A stretch of 64,000 nucleotides of DNA from an uncultured delta proteobacterium (GTDB lineage Bacteria > Desulfobacterota > RBG-13-43-22). The notes under the pieces are model-generated. The model had not been told where the DNA came from, did no database searches, and saw only the letters and a list, made by a program, of their open reading frames with translations. This document shows, one piece after another, positions 18,095-26,659 of the stretch (the first letter of the stretch is position 1; each line of letters begins with the position of its first letter). Both the position numbers and the translations under genes were made by a program. Where the stretch lies: assembly GCA_963790475.1 (NCBI GenBank), contig CAWBOS010000013.1, forward strand, positions 32,001 to 96,000. The letters are read 5' to 3'.

Positions 18095-18696
18095 AAGGGG
18101 TTTATATTGCCACGGAAGATGCATTAAGTGAGGCCGTGGCGGAACGCCTTATTTTGGAGGAAAATTTCGGTCTAACCGTGGTAGGTCGATTGGGCCGAAG
18201 GGGGAACGAATATCTCCGACAGAGATTACCTTCGCTCACCAAGTTATCCCACTCGATTCCGGTTTTACTTCTTACGGATCTGGATCGTGCTGAATGTCCT
18301 GCCGCATTAATTCAGAAATGGTACAAAGCAAGAGAGTTACCAAAAATGATGCTCTTCCGTGTAGCAGTGCATGAAACCGAAGCCTGGCTTCTGGCCGATC
18401 GCCAGGGATTTGCCCAGTTCTCCGGTGTGCCGTTTCATCGAATTCCGGGAAAACCAGAATTGCTCATCGACCCCAAAACGACTCTGCTCAACCTTGTAAA
18501 AAGATATGGCAAAAAAACTATCAGGGCCGATATTCTTCCCGTAAAGGGCTCAACGGCCAGGGTCGGGCTAGTTTATAATCCGGCTTTGTGCGCGTTTGTT
18601 CAAGAATCATGGTCTCCGGATAGAGCTGCAAAGGTTTCCAGTAGCCTGAATCGGACACGGCGCCGCCTCCGAGAAATGCGTCTTCTTCTGGGATAG
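18091..18696 (+). CDS. TOPRIM-like partner protein (DUF4276-like)
   Basis: IATEDALSE, LTDLD (DxD) and ETEAWLLAD motifs; ATGA overlap with the ATPase stop. Confidence 0.65.
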   Translation: MKGVYIATEDALSEAVAERLILEENFGLTVVGRLGRRGNEYLRQRLPSLTKLSHSIPVLLLTDLDRAECPAALIQKWYKARELPKMMLFRVAVHETEAWLLADRQGFAQFSGVPFHRIPGKPELLIDPKTTLLNLVKRYGKKTIRADILPVKGSTARVGLVYNPALCAFVQESWSPDRAAKVSSSLNRTRRRLREMRLLLG

Positions 18697-18747
18697 ATAA
18701 ATTTTATGGTGATGGAGTAACGGCCGGTATCTCAGGATGGCATCTAA

Positions 18748-18972
18748 TCCGAAGGAATAATTTCCGATCCTGGGAATTACCAGGCTTACACCAGACTTAG
18801 AACCGAGTTAAAGGGTAGCCTTTTGGATAAGGACGGACAGAAGTTTATCCAGAGCGACGGTTCAAAAAATTATCGTATCTCCACCCATCCGGACTTTATT
18901 ACCTACGATAGGAATAAACTCCTAAATCACCCAGGCATCAGAGTCAGGGACCTTGCCAAAAAATTGCCCTAA
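18748..18972 (+). pseudogene. C-terminal gene fragment, possibly winged helix
   Basis: Start-less open frame SEGIISDPGNYQAYTRLRTELKGSLLDKDGQKFIQSDGSKNYRISTHPDF...KLP*. Confidence 0.3.
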
Positions 18973-19500
18973 CGGGCTTAGACACATTTACCAGGGTTGA
19001 AAGGAGGCAACAATTAAAGATCGCCTTAGCCGGTATCGACACCCTTGAAGAATTGGCTTTGGCGAGGAAAACTTTCTATCGCCGGTGGGCCCGAGACAAA
19101 GCGGTATTCGATCAGGCAATGGAAAAGGCAAAAAGGGACCAACGTGCTCTCGAAGATAAAAAGTACGACAAACCACCACAGAGAAAGAGGAAGGGAAATT
19201 AACGAAACATTGAAGCCAATCGCAGATAGTACGGGCACTATCTGATCCCCATGATTTTGCTATAGCTCGACAGGAAGAAACTATGAACCTTTGCTTGCAC
19301 TAGTAAATTACGGATTTGTACTTGATGTTCCGAGGCAATTTGACGGCTTTGCCAGATTGAATATCGTTCATTGAACGCAACAAATTGATTTTTCAATAAT
19401 AATATTTTTGGAAATGAGACGGATTCGTGTATGCCCCTTGATAGTCTTTTCCATCTCAAGCCCCAGCCCATCCCACAAAAGCACGCTTTGGGATACCAAT

Positions 19501-19700
19501 CCGGGAAGCCATTTCGACGCGCAAAAGGGGCATTTCAAAACAATGAATGCCCCTTTTGCTTGTCCTTCGATAAACTCAGGATTCCGAGCAGGTCGAGGAA
19601 CTCAAGGCCTCCGGCCGAATAGATAAAGGCGTCGAAATGATCCTGAGCCTATGGTCCTGAGCCTGTCGAAGGACCTGTCGAAGGACTTATCGAAGGGCCA
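19501..19700 (+). repeat. structured leader copy 2 with degenerate tRNA 3' end and expanded REP-like motifs
   Basis: ccgggaagccatttcgacgcgcaaaaggggcatt matches 4061 onward; extra ccttcgataaactcagg and tandem cctgtcgaagga units. Confidence 0.85.
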
Positions 19701-19722
19701 ATTATTTTATGCCTTAAACCTT

Positions 19723-20025
19723 ATGCCTGCCTGGCTCTATATCCTCCGACTCAAATCTGGTGCCTTATACGTTGGCGCTACTACCAACATAGAACAACGC
19801 TACAAAGACCATCTTTCAGGAAATGCCTGTCGAACTACTAATCTTGATCCCCCAGTTGCCTTAATCCATTCCGAAGAATTCCATTCATTCAGTGATGCCC
19901 GAAAACGTGAGGCTCAAATAAAACGCTGGACAAAGGTAAAAAAGCAAGCGTTAATCGCCGGTGATCTTGAGAAACTGAAACTTCTCTCAAGGTCAAAGAA
20001 AAGGATTCCCAGAGAAGAAGAGTAA
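19723..20025 (+). CDS. small GIY-YIG nuclease family protein (copy 2)
   Basis: Same length as 4207-4509 and highly similar, with many synonymous differences. Confidence 0.88.
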   Translation: MPAWLYILRLKSGALYVGATTNIEQRYKDHLSGNACRTTNLDPPVALIHSEEFHSFSDARKREAQIKRWTKVKKQALIAGDLEKLKLLSRSKKRIPREEE

Positions 20026-20160
20026 ACCGATTGGGGGTGGAGGGCACCTCTTGCCGAGCTTGCGACGAATAACGGCTATTTTCGACGCAATAAATGCGGA
20101 GAATGTTCTTGCTTTTGCGGTGAATAAGCAGCATAATATCCGCCAGGAGCGCGGAGAATT

Positions 20161-21264
20161 ATGGAATATATCCACGATAGGAAGAATTGGCCAAAACTGA
20201 CTTGGAGTCCGGAGAGAATTGCAGGGCAGCTTGCCGGTGTACGTCATCGTCAAGGACGGCTCATCGGACGCATGGAGGGGTTGGGTTTTTCGCTTCGCAA
20301 CGAAGCCGTTCTGCAAACCTTGACTGAGGATATTCTCAAATCCAGCGAAATCGAAGGTGAAAAGTTGGACAGGGACCAGGTACGATCTTCTATCGCACGT
20401 AGAATGGGACTTGATATCGGGGGACTTTTGCCAGTTGACAGGCACGTCGAGGGAGTTGTTGAAATGATGCTGGATGCCACCGGGCATTACGCCGATCCGT
20501 TGACCGAAGAACGTCTATTTGCCTGGCACTCCGCTCTGTTCCCAACTGGACGCAGTGGCATGAGGAAAATCGTGGTTGGCGGCTGGCGCGACAATAAGTC
20601 CGACCCCATGCAGGTGGTTTCCGGCCCAATCGGCAGGAAGAAGGTGCATTATCAAGCCCCAGAGGCTAATCATGTCCCCAGGGAAATGCGTGCTTTCCTG
20701 AAATGGTTTAATGGTTCGCAAATGATAGATCCGGTACTGACGGCAGGTCTAGCGCATCTCTGGTTTGTGACGATCCATCCTTTTGAGGATGGCAACGGCC
20801 GGATTGCCCGGGCGATTGCCGATATGGCGCTGGCGCGTTCGGAAAATAGCAGGCAGCGTTTTTATAGCCTGTCGGCGCAAATTCGCCTGGAGCGAAATGC
20901 CTATTACGACCAGCTGGAAAAAACCCAGAAAGACGGCCTGGAGGTAACTTTCTGGATAGAATGGTTCCTGGGCTGCCTGGATCGCGCCATTGAAGGCGCA
21001 GAACGTATTCTGGCCGGCCTCTTCCGCAAGGCTCGATTCTGGGAAGAGCATGTCCATGAACCTTTCAATGAACGCCAGCGGGCCATCATCAACCGGCTCT
21101 TTGACGGTTTTGAAGGAAAGCTGTCTTCTTCCAAATGGGCCAAGCTTGCCCAATGCTCCCAGGACACCGCCCTTAGGGATATTGACGATCTGGTGAAGCG
21201 CGGCGTCTTGTCGAAAGAGCCAGGTGGCGGTCGCAGCACCAGTTATGCTTTGGCAGATCCATAG
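20161..21264 (+). CDS. Fic family protein (DUF4172-like N-terminus, C-terminal HTH)
   Basis: HPFEDGNGRIAR Fic motif; inhibitory SSEIEG motif; C-terminal GGRSTSY. Confidence 0.92.
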   Translation: MEYIHDRKNWPKLTWSPERIAGQLAGVRHRQGRLIGRMEGLGFSLRNEAVLQTLTEDILKSSEIEGEKLDRDQVRSSIARRMGLDIGGLLPVDRHVEGVVEMMLDATGHYADPLTEERLFAWHSALFPTGRSGMRKIVVGGWRDNKSDPMQVVSGPIGRKKVHYQAPEANHVPREMRAFLKWFNGSQMIDPVLTAGLAHLWFVTIHPFEDGNGRIARAIADMALARSENSRQRFYSLSAQIRLERNAYYDQLEKTQKDGLEVTFWIEWFLGCLDRAIEGAERILAGLFRKARFWEEHVHEPFNERQRAIINRLFDGFEGKLSSSKWAKLAQCSQDTALRDIDDLVKRGVLSKEPGGGRSTSYALADP

Positions 21265-21507
21265 GAGAGGTGAGGCCACTCAATTCGGGCTCGGCCCTGT
21301 TCCCGGCGAATCCCAATCCTGATCTCAGCAAGACTGGCTAGCAGCGCCAAATCGTTTGGCTCGCGACATCGGTGTTCTGTTAGAGGAGCCTTTTTAGGGG
21401 TAAAAAGGTCCTTTTAAGGCCCTTTTTATCTATCAGTTTTGATAAAATATACTTAGAATTAAATTAGTTCGTCTGGTACGACCCCCATCTCAACCCCCAT
21501 CTCACTC

Positions 21508-21563
21508 GGAAACTGAAACTCTTATCAAAGTCAACGAGAAGGATTCCCGGAGAACAAGAGTAG
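21508..21563 (+). pseudogene. 3' remnant of a third GIY-YIG gene
   Basis: KLKLLSKSTRRIPGEQE* versus KLKLLSRSKKRIPREEE*. Confidence 0.75.
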
Positions 21564-21586
21564 ATCGATTGGGGGGTGGAATCCAC

Positions 21587-21778
21587 CGAGTCCGTCCCGG
21601 GGAGCCATTCGGCACGCGTAAGGGGCACACCATTTAAATGGGTGCCCCTTTTCGCTACTCATGGCAGGCCATTTCGAATTAAAGCTATTGCGAGCGTGTT
21701 GAATGGACCTGAGCCTATGGTTCTGAGCCTACGGTCCTGAGCTCGTCGAAGGATCTGTCAAAGGACCTGTCGAAGGAT
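21587..21778 (+). repeat. perfect tRNA-Asn 3' end repeat (attR-like, 21587-21609) plus structured leader copy 3
   Basis: cgagtccgtcccggggagccatt equals 4051-4073; followed by aaggggcac/gtgcccctt hairpin and cctgagc/gtcgaagga repeats. Confidence 0.88.
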
Positions 21779-21984
21779 ATCTTAAGTCCTTTTTTTGTGT
21801 CTGAAATATTGTTCCAACCCGCTTTCCAACCTGTTTCACCAAAAACAAAAAAAGCCGGTAAGGTTCCCCCAACCGGTCTTTTAAATATCAACGTTCGGCT
21901 TCCTGTTTGAAAATGCTAAGACTTTCTGATATTATCCAGAAAACTGTTCATTAGTTTGTTAGAAATTCATTAAGGAGGAGAATT

Positions 21985-22494
21985 GTGGAACTTATATTTG
22001 AATCGTCACCAAGGATAATTGTCGCAACGAACACCTTTATCAATGTTCCTATTATTTTGAAATATGAAGACACCCCGCTCATTGAGGTCATTAGAGAACA
22101 GGATATTGGTTTCACGACGCAAGTCCCAATTTACCACTCAGACGGAACATACCTGGCGAAGGTTAGGGGCAATCGGGTTTATCCTACCGAAGCAGGGAAG
22201 AAAGTGAACATCGAGATAAGAGACACGTTGGGCAAATTCATCTGCAGTCTTGAAAACAAAGTGATGTTCGAACTATCCCACGGTGCTGGAGGGGCATTCA
22301 AAGCACACGCAGAATTATATACACCTGATGGGTACTTTGTTAAATGTTCTGACGGCCCCAAACCAGAGTTATTCGACTTAACAGGTAATGCTATTAGAGT
22401 GGGTGGAATTACGATGATCGGAAACGTCTTCCAAAATCTGTCCGTAGGTATTTGGTTACATAAGGATGGTTCTTGTGCAATAGGTGTGGGGTAG
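21985..22494 (+). CDS. hypothetical protein
   Basis: 169-aa ORF with strong RBS aaggaggag. Confidence 0.7.
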   Translation: MELIFESSPRIIVATNTFINVPIILKYEDTPLIEVIREQDIGFTTQVPIYHSDGTYLAKVRGNRVYPTEAGKKVNIEIRDTLGKFICSLENKVMFELSHGAGGAFKAHAELYTPDGYFVKCSDGPKPELFDLTGNAIRVGGITMIGNVFQNLSVGIWLHKDGSCAIGVG

Positions 22495-22603
22495 ACCGTT
22501 TCGTTAGAGAAATCGGATGCGGGCCGTTTTGCTCAATTTCAACCAGTAATCGTTCGCTTTCAGGTCTATCTTTTTAAAATATTCGCAGGTTCAAACTTCT
22601 CTC

Positions 22604-22656
22604 TAAACACCCCCCCGCCTCCTATACGCCCCCAGGATCAACGATCTCCCAAGGCG
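22604..22656 (+). repeat. non-coding repeat family, short copy A
   Basis: cccccc(g)gcctcctatacgcccccaggatcaacgatct, shared with 24004 and 26173. Confidence 0.75.
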
Positions 22657-22845
22657 CCCGAGTCAAATTTATTGACTTTTTGTCTACTAAAGGATAGGTA
22701 ATTTTAGTTCATTAACCAAATTTTCTTGTTGGCAACCTTTAACCAAGGAGTGTCGATGGAGCGAAAAAAGACCCCATTTCTCGGATGAGCGGTGGGGTTT
22801 TGAGTTTAAGATGATTTAATAAAAACAAATATTATTAAAAATATC

Positions 22846-23502
22846 ATGAACGATCTTGAAACAAATCCCATAAGGGAGATTTACCCAAAAGAGGGACATA
22901 TTTTTGGTATAGAATACGATATGTTCATGTACGTCTATATTGGATTATCAAAGTATATTGATTCCCTTGAACGTGAATTGATTTCAGAAATTGAATGTCC
23001 AAAAGATTATCCGTCAGATTGGCCAAGTTTAAAATCCAAAGTTAGGTTTCTTGAATTTAAAGAATATGTGATAAACGAAATGTTTACAGATTTGTATATA
23101 TGCTATAAGAAGGGAGTGATTCCCCTAACAGGAAGAGATCACCTGGAGAGAAGAATTTTTCTCATTTTTAATGAATATAAAAGATTTTTTTGGACTAGGA
23201 TAACTGAATTTGAAAAAAATTTTAAAAAATTACAAGCAGCTTTTAGGCGTAAGAAAAACAAAGAAATAAAGGTCATGCTTATCCCCCAAATAACTTCACC
23301 GGTAACCATACCTTTGTATTTGAGATTTGCAATATTACACAGAGCAGAACATAAATGTGAAGGATGCGGTTCTTCCATTTTTGACAATCCCATAGACGCC
23401 TACATGGTCTGTGGAGAGGAAAAAGCAGACGATATAAGATTCGCTGCTTATTGTAAAAAATGTAAAGAACTTAATGAACAAAGAATAATTCCAGAGCCGT
23501 GA
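22846..23502 (+). CDS. hypothetical protein with degenerate HNH-like zinc-binding C-terminus
   Basis: LRFAILHRAEHKCEGCG...CKKC; AT-rich. Confidence 0.6.
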   Translation: MNDLETNPIREIYPKEGHIFGIEYDMFMYVYIGLSKYIDSLERELISEIECPKDYPSDWPSLKSKVRFLEFKEYVINEMFTDLYICYKKGVIPLTGRDHLERRIFLIFNEYKRFFWTRITEFEKNFKKLQAAFRRKKNKEIKVMLIPQITSPVTIPLYLRFAILHRAEHKCEGCGSSIFDNPIDAYMVCGEEKADDIRFAAYCKKCKELNEQRIIPEP

Positions 23503-23990
23503 CAGACGAAATTAAAACCAAAATAATAAAAGATTCCTTGATCTTTTATTTGATATTAGAATATTTTAGTAATAGGCCTGAAGATTTTGAAAAATATAAG
23601 GAAATAATAATCCAACAGATAAAAGAAAAGTTAGATTCTTTCGATCTCCCTATAGATGAATTGATTTTAAAAACAAAGGCTAAAAATCATGCCATACTTG
23701 ACATTGTTTTAACTTTTGCTTTTGATCAAATTATTAAGAAGGAATATAGTCTCCATTCGCGCCAGGGGATGAGTAATAAATTAAGAAAAGAAGTTCTTGA
23801 TCGCGATCGTTATACATGCCAATATTGTGGGGTCAACCTAAAAGAAAGTATTGAAAATCCCTTTCCTCCCACTGTGGACCATGTAATATCTATGCGAGCA
23901 GGCGGAAAGAATGTGCCAGAAAATCTGGTTGCATGTTGCTGGAAATGCAACCTCGGCAAAAAAGATTATGATGAATTTAGGGAAGAATGA
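23499..23990 (+). CDS. HNH endonuclease
   Basis: RDRYTCQYCG...TVDHVISMRAGGKNVPENLVACCWKCNLGK. Confidence 0.88.
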   Translation: MTDEIKTKIIKDSLIFYLILEYFSNRPEDFEKYKEIIIQQIKEKLDSFDLPIDELILKTKAKNHAILDIVLTFAFDQIIKKEYSLHSRQGMSNKLRKEVLDRDRYTCQYCGVNLKESIENPFPPTVDHVISMRAGGKNVPENLVACCWKCNLGKKDYDEFREE

Positions 23991-24003
23991 ATTGCGTCCA
24001 CTT

Positions 24004-24386
24004 CCCCCCCGGCCCCCTATACGGCCCCAGGATCAATGATCTTTTCAAGGTCCCAAAGGAAAACACAGCTTTTTTTTGCAAACATGACCAAATAAAGAAA
24101 GCCGAAAGGTATATTCCCCCCCCCGGCCTCCTAAAATCCATTCTAAGCCACGATCTAAATTCACCCTAATATTTTCCCTAATACCATGAACCAGCTTCCG
24201 CTCAGGTCCAGGAGCTTCCTTGCCTTACCTGTTTGGAGGCCTTCTGTGTGCCCAGGATCAACGATGTCCCAGGTTCCCTGGTCAATACTCGGGATTATGT
24301 CTTGCCTTAACCAAGGTATGGTCTTCATTTGTTTCTTCCTGAAATCGTTTAAATTGCTATTTCAGGAAAATGGAATAGTACAAACG
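24004..24386 (+). repeat. non-coding repeat family, long copy B
   Basis: Collinear with 26173-26418: aacacagcttttt, caaacatgaccaaa, ttctaagccacgatctaaattcacccta, gaaccagc, tttgtttcttcctg. Confidence 0.85.
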
Positions 24387-24421
24387 ATATTTGTTAACCA
24401 TCCTTTCTTTTTTTATGAGCC

Positions 24422-24487
24422 CTACCCAGAATGACCTAAAATAACATTCAACATTTCCTGGTCTTCGATAATACTGATAATTCGCAT
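24422..24487 (-). pseudogene. C-terminal remnant resembling an IS91-family transposase
   Basis: Translates MRIISIIEDQEMLNVILGHSG*, like the ...MRIISFIED..VI..IL.HLG tail of IS91-type transposases. Confidence 0.45.
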
Positions 24488-24755
24488 CCCCGTTAACTTT
24501 TAGGATGGGTTAGGGGATCGATCTAAAATATTTTCCGAATTAATCTGGCCCGGTTCTGATTGGGTCTGTATTTTCATCTCGTTCTAAGACCAGGGAATAA
24601 AGTCATCTTCATTTTTTTTTTGACGATACTCCCGGAAAACGTTAATATAGTCTTTACCATAGCGAATTATTAGCTTTCCCTGGTAGGGGAGATGAGAGCA
24701 ATTGAACGCTAAACAATCTAAGCCCACCTAACTTAATGAAAACTGATAAACTTCG

Positions 24756-25742
24756 ATGGGTGGCGAACCCGTTGAGGTTTATCATAGAAAATTGTCATCG
24801 ACGAGAAGGAATCCAAGTTTGCCCAAAATTCACATTCTGCCAGATGGTAAAGAAATTGAGACAAGAGATGGCGAAACCATACTCCAGGCAGCTTTGCGCG
24901 CAGAGATTCCCCTGGCGCATATTTGTGGCGGGAATGCCCGATGCTCTACATGTCGAGTGATTCTCCTGGAAGGGGAGCCAAATACCCTGCCACCCAACGC
25001 TGCGGAAAAAAAGATTGCCGATCTATCGACTTTTGACCCTTCAGTTCGTCTAGCCTGTCAAACTATAGCCACCGGCAATATCAAAATTCGCCGCTTAGTA
25101 ATGGATGACGAGGATTTGGAATTAAGCAGCCTTTTCATTCAAGGGGTGAAACCCGGGTCAACTGGGATTGAAAAGAACGTGCACATACTTTTTCTAGATA
25201 TTCAGGGATTCACGGCGTTTTCCGAGGCCCTCCTTCCCTATGACGTCATCCATATTTTAAACAGATTTTTCAATCAAATGGGGGAGGTGATTAACAAATA
25301 TAAGGGGGAGATAAACAATTACATGGGCGACGGGTTCATGGCACTTTTTGAAACCCATGATCCAAGGGAGGGCGCTTTACGGGCAATTGGGGCAGGCCTT
25401 GAAATGCTGGCAAGAGTCAGGGGTCTTCAACCTTATTTAGAGAAGCTTTATTATAAGAGCTTTCAAATTCGCATCGGTCTTCACTATGGCCATGTGGTGG
25501 CAGGCACAGTTGGCGCTTCCGGTAGTAGAAAGATGACTGTTATAGGCGATTCGGTAAATTTTGCCAGTCGCATAGAAGCTGCCAATAAAAAAGCAGGGAC
25601 TCGGTTTCTCATCTCAGAGGAGACCTTTGCTTTGGTGAAAGATCGGGTAGAGGTAGGCAAGCAGGTTTATATTGCTCTCCCCGGTAAAACTGGGAAATAC
25701 CGTCTCTATGAAGTCAAAAAAATGAAGCCGGAGGCAAGTTAA
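24756..25742 (+). CDS. [2Fe-2S] ferredoxin fused to class III adenylate/guanylate cyclase
   Basis: CGGNARCSTC...RLAC; LFLDIQGFT, YMGDG, IGDSVNFASR; true start may be TTG near 24818. Confidence 0.9.
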   Translation: MGGEPVEVYHRKLSSTRRNPSLPKIHILPDGKEIETRDGETILQAALRAEIPLAHICGGNARCSTCRVILLEGEPNTLPPNAAEKKIADLSTFDPSVRLACQTIATGNIKIRRLVMDDEDLELSSLFIQGVKPGSTGIEKNVHILFLDIQGFTAFSEALLPYDVIHILNRFFNQMGEVINKYKGEINNYMGDGFMALFETHDPREGALRAIGAGLEMLARVRGLQPYLEKLYYKSFQIRIGLHYGHVVAGTVGASGSRKMTVIGDSVNFASRIEAANKKAGTRFLISEETFALVKDRVEVGKQVYIALPGKTGKYRLYEVKKMKPEAS

Positions 25743-25994
25743 TTGACGTAATCCCACCACAATATAGCCATTTATAAGAGAAAGTTCCTATATGGAGATA
25801 TATCCAATTTTTACCGGTCCGAAGGTAACTGAAGGAGCTGAAAAATAAATTGCCTGCCTATGAAAAAAAGGGATGGTCATTTGGCGAGCCGATAGCTTAA
25901 CGTGTTGATAATACCGTTATGATATAACATTAAAGCCTATAATTATAAATAGTTAAATCATTGCCATTTGTAAGAAGATAATTTCTCAGAAAGA

Positions 25995-26028
25995 AAAAGC
26001 CTCTAACTCAAAAGAATTAGAGGCTTTT
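25995..26028. terminator. bidirectional intrinsic terminator
   Basis: aaaagcctctaa / ttagaggctttt. Confidence 0.6.
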
Positions 26029-26164
26029 CGAATCATTGCAAAGCCGTTTTCAACACGTTACGCTATCGGGTCGGGTCATTTGGCTCTGCCTTTTTTGTAT
26101 ATTTCCGTAATCGATAAATTTTTAGGACACCCAGTTTGCGTGTTAGTAGGTGTAGCCTTCTTTC

Positions 26165-26418
26165 TTAAACAACCCCCCCCGGCCTCCTATACGCTCCCAG
26201 GATCGACGATCTTTTTAAGGCGACTACGAGAACACAGCTTTTTACAAACATGACCAAACAAAAAAGGCCGGAAGGTATTTTCCCCCCGCCCCCTAAAATC
26301 GATTCTAAGCCACGATCTAAATTCACCCTATATCTCTCCCCTTGAACCAGCCTTCCGCTTTTGTTTCTTCCTGTAATCGTTCAACAGAGGTTTTTGAAAA
26401 ACTGAAATAGTGCAAACG
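26165..26418 (+). repeat. non-coding repeat family, long copy C
   Basis: Collinear with 24004-24386, with an internal deletion. Confidence 0.85.
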
Positions 26419-26659
26419 CAAATCCTTGAAGGCTCCCCCCAATTGAGAGCCCCTTCCTAGCGAAAAATCTCCTATTTACTATTCCAGAAACCGTGTATAA
26501 TGTTGTTCACATAAAGGCCAGATCAGTAAAGTAACCCGTCTTCCAGCAACGCCACTTTACCCTAAAAGAGAGGCAAGAATATGGAGGAAATACTTTCAAT
26601 AGAGCCGCCAACTCACTGAAGAGGCAAAAAAATCATCCGCGGTGTCAAGGAGAAAAGCC

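Noticed and set aside
19640-19700. CRISPR array from the short tandem repeats (also the 22604-26418 repeats)
   Set aside because: No regular repeat-spacer periodicity and no cas genes.
21955-22512. Second integron cassette (GTTAGAA before and tttcGTTAGAG after the 169-aa gene); also atttcGTTAGG at ~4601
   Set aside because: No R''/L'' half or palindrome is present, so no attC can be drawn.
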